From Monocercomonoides exilis PA203 (lineage: Eukaryota; Protista; Preaxostyla), in contig LSRY02000058.1 of assembly GCA_001643675.2 (NCBI GenBank), forward strand, positions 124,001 to 188,000: a stretch of 64,000 nt of DNA, in the 5' to 3' direction. The position numbers and the translations under genes are program-made. This document shows, one piece after another, positions 26,326 through 40,360 of the stretch (position 1 is the first letter of the stretch; every line of letters starts with the position of its first letter). The notes below the pieces were generated by a model, which saw nothing but the letters and a program-made list of their open reading frames with translations, ran no database searches and was not told where the DNA came from.

Positions 26326-27188
26326 ATTATTTTTGTGTTTTTTTCATGTTTCATTTTAAATACAAAAACATCACTGACACGTGAAATGCTGTCTATAAAC
26401 GTATTTCAAAGAACATTGTAATACATCCAAACATTTCATCTTCTGACAATCGTTGGGAAACCTCTCTCTTTTATGTTTGGATGTTTGGCAACAGTTCGTC
26501 ATATACCTTTTTCATATTAAAGCGTTATTCATTCTCGCTCAATTGCTCTTGTTGTACACATTCTCAACAAAAATTAATATAAAAAATCTCCCCTTCCCTC
26601 CAGCAGATGATTGAAATGAAATTGAAAAAATATACAAATTTTCTCTTTCTTCAGATTTCTGCGATAGAAATAGATCAACAATTATTGTTATGATAGAGCG
26701 GTCTTAAAATACACACTTGCGTTTGAAGCGTGCATTTGTTTCTTTCTCTCCTTTTTTCCCAATGATATGAATCAGACATTCTTTTAAAAAAAAAAAGGGA
26801 TATTTTATGAAAGAAAATGTTGATTCTTTATTTTCAGAACATAATTCTTCTTATCTAATGCTAATGTCTCCGAAAAGTTAATTATGATAATAGATACATA
26901 TAATATTATCAAAGACGATAGAATTGCGTTCAAAAACAGAAAATGAATGATTTAAACATTCTTTTTTAATTACTGATAATTTTCAATCATAAAAGGCAAG
27001 CCGATAAAATAAAAATATAACACGAGGAAAATGCAACAAACATGCTAATTACAGATATTTATCCAGTCATATCGCATGAAAATTTCCAATGATATCACAA
27101 CAAATCCAAAAATCTCTTCATTATCAAAAAAAAAAAAAAAAAAAATAAAATAAAATAAAATATAATAAAATAAAATAAAAATATTTTT

Positions 27189-30058
27189 TCACTTCATATG
27201 CGATTTACTTGAAGCACGATGCATAAGAAACTGCTTAGTGAGCTCAGGATCTGCAGGTGAAGGCACACCTCGTTCATGGCCTCTTGTGAAGAACCAGCTT
27301 TTCAACTTCTTCATCAGATTTTTGCTTGTTTCGTCAAAGACCCAGAGATAACGACGATTTGGATGAGTTTTGTTGAAAAGCATTTCTTGAATTGAGGAAA
27401 AAGTTTGTTTAAATATTTTCTTTCGCTTCAAAGAAAACTCAATTTTTTCTTTTCTCACGATTTGAGAACTTAAAAATCGGGGATATTGCAGTAATGGTGT
27501 AACAATACAACATTGTAATGATGATGACTGATTCAATGAAAGAGATTCTAAGGCCTTTAATTCTTGAGCTGTTGAAGAATTATCAGAAATATTAGAAACA
27601 TCAGAAAATAAAAACGATTCATTGCTTGCATCAGAAGAATTGCAAAGTTGATAGTAACTGTCATTGGATTTATGGTCTTTATTTTCAATGTTCCGTAATT
27701 GAATATCAAAAATGTTATGAGAAATAACAAATGAAGCTTCAACTGATTCATCCTCAAGTTCAGAAAAATTCAGAAACTGCTGGTAAAATTGTTGTTCATG
27801 TTTATGTGCCGTTTTATTCGAAACAGAAGAAGGTAGAGAATTTGAATAACAACAGTGCTTTCCAACAATTGAGCCATGCAAATGTTTCCTTTGAGATTTA
27901 CCTGATTCAATGGAATTTACATCAGAATGAATAAAAGGAACCTTTTCAGATTTCATTGGAACGAACACATCTGATGTACATCGCAATTCACTGAAATAAT
28001 TCCTATCTTTTTGATTGTTATCAGAAAATGACTTATTTTCAAATGACAAGCATTTCATCGAGGGATAACCTTGAAAACAGTCAGAAACAGATAAACTTCC
28101 TTTTTCTTTAGAATTGCACAGAGAAAAATGACAATTCGCTTTAGAATTTTCTTCTGTTCGCATTTTCTTTCTTTTCAAGTTCTTTTCCAGAAACTTCTGC
28201 TGCTCCCTTTCAAAATACAAATCAACCACACTTGTTTCGCTTCTTCTTCGCTGCTCTGCAATTTTTGCTTCCAACTTTCTAATTCTGTTCTTTATCTCCA
28301 TTTTTGCCTCCTCCTTCAATCGAATCTCAATATCATCACCACCACCATCACTACCATCATAATCATCGTAATCACAATCATTCAACCGTCTCTTCAGTTC
28401 CTCTATCTCCTCTTCATTCTCCAACACCCCCTCTTTCTCTTTGGCTGTGACCCACAATTCTGCCTCATCCCACATTTGCTGCTCTTTTTCTCCTTCAATC
28501 CATTCTTTCCTTACCCATTCCCCAAACATCTTCCAGTGCGCCTTCGCTTCTTGTATCTCGCTCTCAATCCTTTTTATTAGCCTTCTGCGCTCTTTTTCTT
28601 CATTCTTTCGGATCTTTTCTGCTTCTGCTTCTTCTTCTTCTTTTCCTTCTTCTTCATATCCTTCTTCCTTCACTTTGCCTTTAACCCCAATCTCATCATT
28701 GATCATCCCTTCATTCACAACGTGTATCAACTGACTTCCTTTCACTTGCTTTTCAAGACGCCTCAGAGAAGCATCTCTCCACCTTTTTTCCATCTCTTTC
28801 CTCTTCTTTTCTAACAACCCGCTGATTTTCCTTCCATCAACATCGACTTCGATGTCGCAACAGACAGAAGTTGGCTGAGAATCAAGTGGCTTCCAGTGAG
28901 AAAAGAATGCTGATATCTGATCAGTGTCAGTAAAATCACCATTTGCAATATCTGATATTTGAACTGATGTGAAGTCAAGTCTTTGTGAATGAATAGAATT
29001 ATCATCAGCATCCGCAAAATAACCTTCTGCTTTGTTGTCTTGTACATCTCCTGTGCTAACCGCTAATCTGCTTCGATCTTTAATAGTTTCATTGTTTGAC
29101 TGACCTTCTTTCAAATGCAACTGGGAAGAAAGGATTGTTGAGCATTCAGCTATCATATCAAGATTGGTCGCGTTGTAAAAGCGATAAGGAATTTTGGACT
29201 GCATCCCGGAAGAAACAAACTGCGGAGGAGGTTCCATTGATCTTTCTGTAAATGCAATTTTATTGCTAATGTCTTGCTTTTTAGATCCTTTGTCTTGTGA
29301 CACTGAAGAAGCAGATTTCTCTGTTTCTTTTGACATTTTAAGTTGTGCAAGATAATTTTCATTTTTATGAAAAGAATCATCGCTTTCGCGAAATTTGTTA
29401 TTTCCGTTTTCTAAATATGATTTTGATTCGTCAAGAATTTGAGAACGCTTATCAGGTGTCGTTTTGTAATCAGTTTTACTTTCCAATGTCACTATTGAAT
29501 AAGAAGATGACTCAAAGTTATCTCTCAATAACTTTTCAGTCTTTGATTGCGAATTATCTATCAGGCTTATGCTGCACTTCTGAAGTTTGTTGTTAAAATT
29601 AGAAGCATTATTTTTAACCAAAAATGGAGAAGAAGATGATGACAGCACAGTACTTTTGCAAAGATCAAATTTTGATGATTCGCTGCAAGTACATTTTGAT
29701 TTATTTGATATTGTTTCTAGAGATTGATAAACAGACTGCATATAAGGATGCAAAGAAGAAGCAAATTTGTCTCCCATCAATATTGAATCCATTTTTTCAT
29801 ATTCATTCTTCAAATTATTTGTTGATGGTTTTTCTTTTGCTTCTTTGATTGGAAGAAGTGCAACATCTCGGATTTTTGAGTGCTCTGAACTTGAAATTTC
29901 AATTTCATTTGAGCAATTATGTACCGATGTTTGCAAGAAATCCTATGAAATAAGAACCTTAAAATCAAAGAAAAAATAGAATTATTAAAAGCCAAACATT
30001 TTCTTGTAAAACAGTCGTTGAAGATAGCTCGAAACTCATAATTAGAAAACTGATTCAT
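27189..30058 (-). CDS. Hypothetical protein with a central Glu/Lys coiled coil
   Basis: 915-codon ORF with a probable splice acceptor at 29943. First and last exons are unresolved. Confidence 0.65.
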
Positions 30059-30134
30059 TAAACACCAACAATTGTTATGGCTATCTTGATAAAAATTATT
30101 CCAATTTACGCTTGTAAGATCAAAAGCGTTAAAA

Positions 30135-30773
<639 letters not shown>

Positions 30774-31887
30774 ACATCAGCATCAAGCCGTTAATATTTT
30801 TGTGTTTTTCATTACTTATGTTTTAATCAGAACATTGTTCGTTGTATTTTCTTTAAACACTCATATATTTTCTCTCCAAATAACAAAGAGCAAACTTTAT
30901 TCAACACTCTTTCATTTGTTCATTTGATATGACACTTGTTATTTTTCATACTTTTTTTAGAAATTCCTTTTCTTGTAATTTTGTTGGAGAAATTCTGAAG
31001 TCATTGATTATTAGAGTTGATTTTTATCTTTTAAAAAAAGATACTTAAAAAAGAAATGAAAAAAAAAATGTTGAAAAAAGAAAAAACAACATTTAAAAAA
31101 CAGAATGACTTTTAACAAACAAGATGCAAAATTTCTGTTTTATAAAGAACTGAAAAAGTTAAATAAAAAGGAGAGTAGATAAAGTACTTTCAGAGATAAA
31201 ATTTTACTATAACAACTCATAACAAGCTCATCTATCAAGATCAAGTGATCTTGAAACAATATGAGCATTTCAAAAAATGGTTAATAGAAAATGATTCAAA
31301 TAAAATAAAATAAAAAGAAAAATAAAAATAAAAAATTGCTTTCAAACAGTAAATTAAACGAAAGTGAGCTGATTATTCAGAAAAAAACGAGAAGCAGTTC
31401 AACATGTGAATGCAACATATGTGATTTGTGATGCGAAGTCAATGTACATACAACCACAATTAAAAATAATGATGTAATTATGTTTTGATTGAAGAAAAGT
31501 GAATGCGTTGAATTAAAGAACAGCAATGGAGTCTGAAAATCAAGCGGTCTATTAACAGATCAAAAACAGAATTAAATAAACGAAAAAACAAATAAAATAA
31601 TAAAATAAAAATATTTCAAATAAAAAAAAAAAAAAAAAAAAAAAAACGAATAAATACATTTATACATGCACACTAATGCAAATATACGAACTGAAAAATG
31701 GAAGAAAACAATGTGAATTCAATGATTTGTGTTATACTAACAGTAAACATTGTCAATAATCAAAGGTGGATGTTAAATAAAAAAATATGCTATGACATAG
31801 AAAAAAAATGTAAAAATTTCCACTTTCCAAAAGAATGAATACAAAAAATTTTTTTATTTTTCTTTTCATAAATTAAAACAAACAGAT

Positions 31888-31925
<38 letters not shown>

Positions 31926-32880
31926 ATATTTTCAATTCCAAATACAATAAATTGATTTACATTACAAATGATTGGAATTTAGAAACCAAAAATAAAATAA
32001 AAACAAAATAATATAAAAAAATAAAAAATAAAAAAAATACTTTTGAATGAAATAATAAAACCAGAGAAATGTTCAATTGTGAATGGAAACTGAAAAAATT
32101 ATTTATTCGGAACATTTAAAACATTGAAAAACAAATTAAAAGATAAAAATCATTGGATAATCAAAGAAAACTAACAGTTGGAAAGAAGAAGAAATAAATT
32201 AAAGAAAAATCAGAAGAAAAAGAAAGAAAGATGCGAAGAAAGTTGGATAATTCATTTGCCAGAAGAAGAAGAAGAAGAAGAAGTCGAGAACTAAGAGTGA
32301 ATTCAACCAGAACCAATAATAATAAAAAACTTTTTTCCCCCTCTTTTGAATAGAATAACAAGGCAAAAGTGATTGAATATGAATGAAATACCAAATGACT
32401 TATGAAATTAAACCTTTTATGCTAATAATAACAATACCATAATAATAATAATAATATTATTATTATTCTTATAATGATTTCTGCATCGAATAAAGTTAAT
32501 ATTTCACATAGAAATACTCAATAAACAAATAGTTTTCTTTAAAAAATCAAAAAGAAAAGAAAAAGAAAAGAAAAGAAAAGAAAAGAAAAATACAAACATC
32601 AAAAATTAATTATCAAGAAAATGAAGAGAAATAATAAAAGACATTGATCCCTTTAAATAATAATAACAATAATAACGAAGATTGCAACAATGATTAAGCT
32701 GATTATATTGAAATATTTTCAATTAAGAATAAAAAATTTGATATTTCTTTGAGACAACAAAAGAAATCATCAACAGTATTTTTATCAAACTCATTCACGA
32801 AAATTTTGTCAAAAAAAAAAAAATTATTTTTTTTTCCAATTTGACATGTTTTATGATTGAATTTATAAGATTTTTGATTC

Positions 32881-32928
<48 letters not shown>

Positions 32929-33067
32929 CTTTCTCTCTTTTCCTTTGCTCTTTCTATCCTTTTAAGATCTGATGATAATCCTATTTCTCTTTTGATTGTC
33001 TCTTTCTTTTCTTTTTTTCTCTTTCTCTCTTTCTCTCTTTCTCTTTTTCTCTTTCTCACCTTCTCAA

Positions 33068-35783
33068 TCATTGCTCTTCTTGTTTTTCATGAGAACAATA
33101 ATGCTCATGCTCATGTTCAGGTTTCTTCTTCTTCTTCTTCTTCTTTTTCTTCCTCCTCATCTTCCTCTCTTTTTCTTTCTCTTCCTCTTCCTCCTCTTCT
33201 TTTTCACCTTTCAAATAATAATTCTTCATTTGTATTTGATTATCTGATGATAAAATAAAAACAGAAGGATTTCGAATAGATTGACTCAACAATGAAAGAT
33301 CATTGGAAGAATAAACAGGAATGAAAGAAGAAGAAGAAGGAAGACAAGAAGGGTTAGAAGGAAGATTAAGAGGAAGATTAAGAGGAAGATTAAGAGGAAG
33401 AGAAGGAGGAAGAGAAGGAGGAAGAGAAGGAGGATTAAGAAGATTAGAAGAAATTGAAGAACTTGAAGGAAGAGAAGAATTAGAAGAATTAGAAGAATTA
33501 GAAGGAAGACAAGAAGGGTTAGAAGGAAGATTAAGAGGAAGAGGCAACAAGAGAGGGGAAGATGAAGGAAGAGGAAGAGGAAGAGGAAGAGGAAGAGGAA
33601 GAGGAAGAGGAAGAGGAAATGCATAGGAAACATTGGAAGGAGGAAGAAGAGAAGAAGAAGAAGAAGAAAGAGAAGAAGAAGAAAGAGAAGAAGAAGAAGA
33701 ATTTAAAGAATTAACAGAAGAAGAAGAGAAAGAACTTGTAGAAGCAAACAAACCAAAATTCTGAGGAGGAAGAAGAAGAGGAGAAGGAGCAATAGAAAAT
33801 TGAAAGGGAATATTTTTTGATTGAATAGCAGGAGGAGAATAGGAAAATGAGAAAGAAAGAGGAGAAACAGAAGAAGAAGAAGAAGAAGAGGATGAGGAAC
33901 AGGAAGAGGATGAGGAAGAGGAAGGAGAAGAGGAAGAGGAAGAAGAAGAAGAAGAAGGTGAAGGAAAATAAGGAGAAAATTGAATTTTCAGTTGTTCTTT
34001 TTCTTCTTCTTCCTTCTTCTTCTTCTTCTCCTCTTCTTTTTCTTCTTTTTGCTGTTGAATAGAAGAAAGAAGAGATTTTGAATTTAAATAAGAATTTGAA
34101 TGAGGAAGAGAAGAAGAAGAAGAAGAAGAAGAAAGAGGATGCGGGTGAACAAAATAAGGGAGAGAAGAAGGAAGAATAAGAGGGACATGAAAAGAAGAAG
34201 AAGAAGAGGAGGAGGAAGAAGAGGAAAGTGAAGATGAAGAAGATGAAGAGGAATATGAAGGAGAAGAAGAAAGAGAAGAAGAAGAATTCGGTGTTTCTGG
34301 TATTAAAGATGTATTAATAGCAGGCGAAATCAGATTTTCGATCTCTTTTCCATCCAAAATTTTCGTTCTTTTATTTCTTTTTGGGTTTTCCCTTATTTTT
34401 CTTTTCTTTATTTTTTCTTTCTTCAAATTATTTCTTCTTCTTCTTCTTCTTCTTTCTCTCTCTTCTTCCCTTTCCCCTTCTTCTTCTCTTTCTTCTTCTT
34501 CTTCTTCTTCCTCCTCTTCCTCTTCTTCGTTATTCTCCCTCTCTTCTTCACTGTCTTCTTCCAAATATTCACTCATTTCTGTCTCATTCTCAAAAATTGG
34601 ATGTATTTCAGGTGTTTTTATAGCAAATTCATTGAAAATTGGCAACTCTTGTGTCAAAATAAGGTTATTTGATGGAGTTTTCATTGAAAATGAGTTTAAT
34701 TCTTCTTTTTCATAGTCTTTTTCTTCTTTTTCAGTTATTTTATCTTTGATTTCTTCTTCTTCTGTTCTTTCAGATTCTTTTATTTCTTCTTCTTCTTCAT
34801 TTCTTTCTCTTTCTAAAAATACAATTTTTGGTAAAGGTGTTTGCAATGTTGGTGATTGGGTTAGTTTTTCATTGTTTTCTTCTTCTTTTTCTCTTTCTTT
34901 TTCTCTTTCTTCTTTCTCTCTTTCCTCTTCCTTTTTATCCTTTTCTATTTCTTCTTCTTCTTCTTCTTTGAATAACATGACATTGTTCATGCCATTATTC
35001 TTATCTTTCTGTTCATGATTTTCTTCTTCTTCTTCTTCTCTTTCTTCTTTTTCTTTTCTTTCTTTTTCCTTTTCTTCTTTTTCGATTTCATTACCTTTAT
35101 CATCTTGTTTATTAGATTTTTCTCTTTCAATATTTGAAATATGATTGCTTATTCTTTGTTTATCTGTTTTATCGATTGCATTGGAAGAGGAAGAGGAAGA
35201 AGATGAAGAGGAAGAAGGATAAATAGAAAGAGGAGGAGAAGAAAAGGAGGAGGAGGAAGAAGAAGAAAAGGAAGAAGAAGAAGAAGAGGAAGAAGAAGAG
35301 GAAGAGGAAGAGGAAGAAGAAAAACAATTAGAAGGAGAAGAAGAAATGACAATAGAAGAAGAAAGAAATTTCTTAGAAGGAATAAAAGGAGAAGCCTTTG
35401 AAGACAAAGAAGAAGAGAAAGAAGAAGAAGAAGAAGAAGAATTTTTATGATGAAGAAGAAGATGAGGTATGAAATTGGTTGGGAATGAAGAAGAAGAAGA
35501 AGAATTTGATGAATTTTGAGGAAAAGAAGGAAAACAAGAAGAAGAAGAAGAAGAAGGAAAATTAGAAGAAGAAGAAGAAGAAGAAGAAGAAGAAGAAGAA
35601 GAAGAAGGAAAACAAAAGGAAGAAGAAGAAGAAGAAGAAAGAGAAGAAGAGGGATAAGAAGGAAAGTTGCATGTTGAATATATTGGAGGTAATGATGAAT
35701 TGCAATTATTATTATTATTATTATTATAATCGGTGTAAATGAATGAGTTTATAGGACAAAGAGAAGAAGAAGAAAAGGAAGAG

Positions 35784-35818
<35 letters not shown>

Positions 35819-37333
35819 AGAGGAGGAGGAAGAAGAAGAAGAAGAATTTGAAGAAAGAGAAGAAGGGTAAATAGAAGGAGAAAGATAACAAGAAGAAGAG
35901 GAAAGAGAAGAAGAAGGATTAAAAGAAGAAGATGAAGAAGAAGAAGATGATGATGCTAATAGAAAAGAAGAAGAAGAAACAATTGAAGAAGAAGGAGAAG
36001 AAGAAGGAGAAGGAGAAGGAGAAGAGGAATAAGAAGGAATTGAAGAACACAAAGAAATATTTGGTTTATTTGATAGAAATGACAAAGAATTTGAAGAAGG
36101 AGAAGGAGAAGAGGAAGAAGAAGAAGAAGGAGAAGAAGAAGAAGGAGAAGAAGGAGAAGAAGAGGGAGAAGAAGAAGAAAGAGGAGAAGAAGAAAAAAAG
36201 GAAGATGAAGAAAAAGAGGATGAAGAAGAAGAATTTAAAGAATTTAAAGAAAAAAAAGAAGGAGGAGAAGAAGAAATTAAGGAAGAAGAGGAAGAAGAGG
36301 AAGAAGAGGAAGAGGAAGAATTAAAAGAAGAATTTAACGAAGAAGAAGAAGAATTAAAAGAGGAAGAAGAAGAAGAAAAATTAAAAGAAGAAGAAGAAGA
36401 AGAAGAAGAAGAAGAAGAAGAAGAAACAGAATCACCATAATATTTGGAATTATTTTGAAGCAAGAAAAAATCAGAAAAATGCTGAAAAGACGAATTTTGA
36501 GAAAGAAATATATCATTTTTGGGTTTGATAGAAGAAGAAGAAGAAGAATGAGAAGAAGAAGAAGAAGAGGAAGAAAGAGAAGAAGAAGAAGAAGAAGAAG
36601 AAGAAGAAGAAGAAGAAGAAGAAGAAGAAGAAGAAGAAGAAGAAGAAGAAGAAGAAGAAGAAGAAGAAGAAGAAGAAGAAGAAGAGGAAGAAAGAGAAGA
36701 AGAAGAAGAAGAAGAAGAAGAAGAAGAAGAAGAAGAAGAAGAAGAAGAAGAAGAAGAAGAAGAAGAAGAAGAAGAAGAAGAAGAAGAAGAAGAATAACTA
36801 AAAAGATGAGATGGAGTGGCAGTGTAATGTTCAAAGGATGAAGCTAAATCAGGTGAAGAAAGAGGAGAAGAAGAGAAAGAAGAAGAAAGAGAAGAAGAAG
36901 AAGAAGAAGAAGAAGAAGAAGAAGAAGAAGAAGAAGAAGAGGAGGAGGAGGAGGAGGAGGAGGAAGAGGAGGAAGAAATAGAAAATTCATCTGAAGAATG
37001 AAGAGAACGAGATGAAAAGCTAAAATAATCGTTTTCCTTCTGTTTCAGTTGAATCTGATGGTTTTCTCTGGGATGAGGAAGAGGAAGAGGAAGAGGAGGG
37101 GGAAGAGGAGGGGGAAGAAGAGGAGGAAGGGAATTACCATTACCATTACTATTATTATTATTGTTATCTTCATCGTTATCAGAAGCTATGGAAAGAATGT
37201 GTAAGAGAAGAAAATAAAAAGAAATTTTTTTATAATCGAATCAAGAGAAAAAAATAATGTTGAAAAAATAAATCAAAAATAAAAATAAAAATAAAAATAA
37301 AAATAAAAATAAAAACAAAACAAAGAAACAAAG

Positions 37334-37372
<39 letters not shown>

Positions 37373-37406
37373 AACAAACAAACAAACAAACAAACAAACA
37401 AACAAA

Positions 37407-37441
<35 letters not shown>

Positions 37442-38877
37442 AATTGAAATAGAAGCGAAGCAATTAACACTTAATATTATCAACTCCATTTCACACCTTT
37501 TCCACCCTCAGAACTTTCTACCAAAACATCATCATATTCAGCTTCAATCTCATTTTTGTGAACATATTTTGATTTATCAACAGACATCTTTTCAATTTTC
37601 TTCTTCAATTCTTCTGGAAATCTTTTATTTTCTTGTTCTTTTCTGTTTTTATTTTTATTTCCTTTTTCTCTTCTTTTTATTTTTTCATTTTCTTCTTCGT
37701 TTTCTTCTTCTCTTTCTCTTTCTCCACACACAAATGGATGTTTAGCTGCTTGTTGAGGAGTTAATCGTTTTGTGGGGTCGATTGAAAGGCAACTGCGAAT
37801 GAAGGAGATGAAGAGGAATATATCAGATGATGAGGAAGAGGAGGAAGAGGAAGAAGAGGAGGAAGAGGAGGAAGAGGAAGAAGAGGAAGAAGAGGAAGAG
37901 GAAGAAGAAGAAGAAGAAGAAGATGATGATGATAAAAATTGCGATGAATCAGAAGAAGGAAGAAAAGAAGAGGAAAAAGAGGAGGAGGAGGAAGAAGAAG
38001 AAGAAGAAGAAGAAGAAGAAGAATGACGTAAAGAATGGAAATAAAGAGTGTGATCGAGGGTGGAGTGGAGATAGGCACATGGCTGATGATGAGAAGAAAA
38101 ATGAAAAGAATGAATATGATTATAAAAATATTGTGGGAAAAAAAATTAAACAGAAAAATGAAAATGAAGAAAAGGAAAAAGAAGAAATGAAAAAAGAAGA
38201 AAAAAGAAGTTCAAAGAAGAAAAAAAGAGGTTGAAAATAAAATAAAATAAAATAAAATAAAAATTTAATTATAAAAAAGAATAATGAACAACCAATCAAA
38301 AATAGTATCAACAGTATTTTATATATATATGAATATACATCACATACTCTGTGCTTAGACTTCTGAGGGATAAACGAATACAAAGTGGGTGAATTCTGGT
38401 CAAAACGGAAATATTTCATTGAAAGCTGGCCTTTTAATACCATCCAGGTGGGAAATGGACTGAAGAAGAAGAAGATGAGGTCATTGGAAAAAAAAATATT
38501 TTTTTTTTTAAAAAGAAAAGAAAAGAAAAAGAAACATTAATAAAATGTGATAAATATGAAAAGAAAAAGAATGAAAAATAAAATTATTAGTTCATTCGAA
38601 AATTCATATTTTCTCTCTCTTTCATTTTTATTTCTTTTCTTTTCTTTTATTTTTTCTTTTCATTTTATTTATTTATTTATTTATTTATTTCTTTTGTTTC
38701 TTCTCTTCTCTTCCCTTTCTTCTCCCTCTCTTTCTCTCCACAAACCCCAGCATCTTCAATATCCTATAGACCATGTCGTGTTCGTCACAGCCTGGAAAAA
38801 GAGGATGGCCTATCAGAAGCTCAGCAGCCACACACCCAACACTCCACATATCGATTCCACAGTCATAACTGATTGAT

Positions 38878-38934
<57 letters not shown>

Positions 38935-40181
38935 AGAGAGAGATGATGGATTATATAGAATAAAATAAAAATTATAATTGCAATGATGAAAATGAGAAAA
39001 AAAAAGATTAAAAGACAAAATTTGTATTCAACAAAAAGAGAATAATAATAAATATATATATTAGAATAAATAAAAGGATCCAATCATTAAAAAAAATATT
39101 CCATTGAAAATTGAAAATCAAATACAAAAATCTAAAATTTCATACGGAAGTCCAAGTAATACTTCAGGTGATCGATAATATCTGCTCTGAATGTACGAAA
39201 ACATCAAACGACCCTCCAACGTTGCACAACCAAAATCTGCTATTTTCACTGATGGGAAAAATCTGTAATTGATAAAAAAATATAAAATTTTATTTTTTAT
39301 TTATTTGAATTGAATGAAACATATAAATAAAGAAATTTTCATAAATAAATTAAAAATGAACAAAAAAATCTACAAAAAAAAAAGTTCACACTTGTCCAAC
39401 AAAATATTTTCAGGCTTGATGTCACTATGTACAATGCCTTCATTCTTCATCACGCACAACGCATCAATTAATTGAATCACAATTTTTCTCACCACAGGAA
39501 TAGGAAATCCAGAAAAGTTGGTTTGCTTCAGCACACAGTATAGATCCACTCCAAGAATTTCCAGAACAAGGCAGAGATGCCCATGAAAAGTGAAGCTGTT
39601 ACATAAGGAAAGAATATGGTGCTCTCCATTTGGATCTACAGAACGCAGCTAAAAAACAATTCATGAATTTACAGATAAACACAAATTACATAAATGAAAA
39701 ATAAGCAAACCTTTCGCAAAATTTCACATTCCGATTCAGCGTGCTTTAAATGTTGAGGAGTATTCTTTATCACCTTTATTGCATATGTTTCATGTGTATC
39801 AAGGCGCAAACATCTTAAGACTTGCCCAAAGCTACCTTTTCCAAGTAATTCTTCAACTCTGTATTGAAGGGTCATCGAAGAATTTTTTATTTCTGATGTG
39901 TCAATTATATCGCCTACATGAAAAATATAATCCCCTTTGATATTGTCATTGCATTGAGAAGACAAGCACTGAGAAGGGGAAGTTATAGTCAGTCCTAAAT
40001 TTGCAATTTTATGTTTGTATTTAAAATTTGGAGAACAATTTTGATATGTTTCTGAGAGAAAAATTGTTGTTTTATGTAGGTTATTGTTTTGTGAAGCATC
40101 TTCCTAAAAAACAAATTTATTAAAAATTATAATGCAACATATTGCCTATAAATCAAAAAATTATAAAATAACAACCTTCAT
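33068..40181 (-). CDS. YAK1: YAK1-like DYRK kinase with a very long Ser-rich C-terminal tail (multi-exon; last exon 33068-37185)
   Basis: ETYQNCSPNFKY, DNIKGDYI (DH box), LGKGSFGQV, AIKVIK, HSDIKPENILL, ADFG, YIQSRYYRSPEV, IDMWSVGC, DPTKRLTPQQAAKHPF. The last splice was checked and is in phase. Confidence 0.85.
36529..36794. repeat. (GAA)n microsatellite encoding poly-Ser on the minus strand
   Basis: Nearly pure GAA run inside the last kinase exon. Confidence 0.95.
37265..37437. repeat. Compound microsatellite (AAAAAT)n(AC)n(AAAC)n(A)n in an intron
   Basis: Directly visible. Confidence 0.9.
38879..38943. repeat. (AG)n microsatellite in an intron
   Basis: Directly visible. Confidence 0.95.
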
Positions 40182-40360
40182 AAAGTGAAAAAACAACAAT
40201 GAATTTCTGCTTCAGAAAGTGACTAATTATGTATGGGTTTCGATTATTGTGAAAAAACTTGTATTAATCTTAAAAATGCAATTTGAACAAAATTTGTTCT
40301 CACAAACAACAACAATTTCTTTACCAAATTTCCCATACTTTAAGTCAAGTAGTTATTGGA

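Larger units (their letters stand above)
16840..26796. repeat. Large inverted repeat: left arm 16840-17388 + 23067-24610, spacer 24611-24703, right arm 24704-26796
   Basis: The arms are reverse complements. By eye the differences are 1 substitution (23076) and a few single-base homopolymer indels. Confidence 0.95.

Noticed and set aside
30800-33000. Poly-A tracts as retroelement tails
   Set aside because: No TSD, RT remnant or SINE body is seen. They fit an AT-rich region between convergent genes.
33286-38443. Many poly-Leu/Arg/Lys/Glu ORFs
   Set aside because: They are alternative-frame or antisense shadows of the microsatellite-rich kinase exons.
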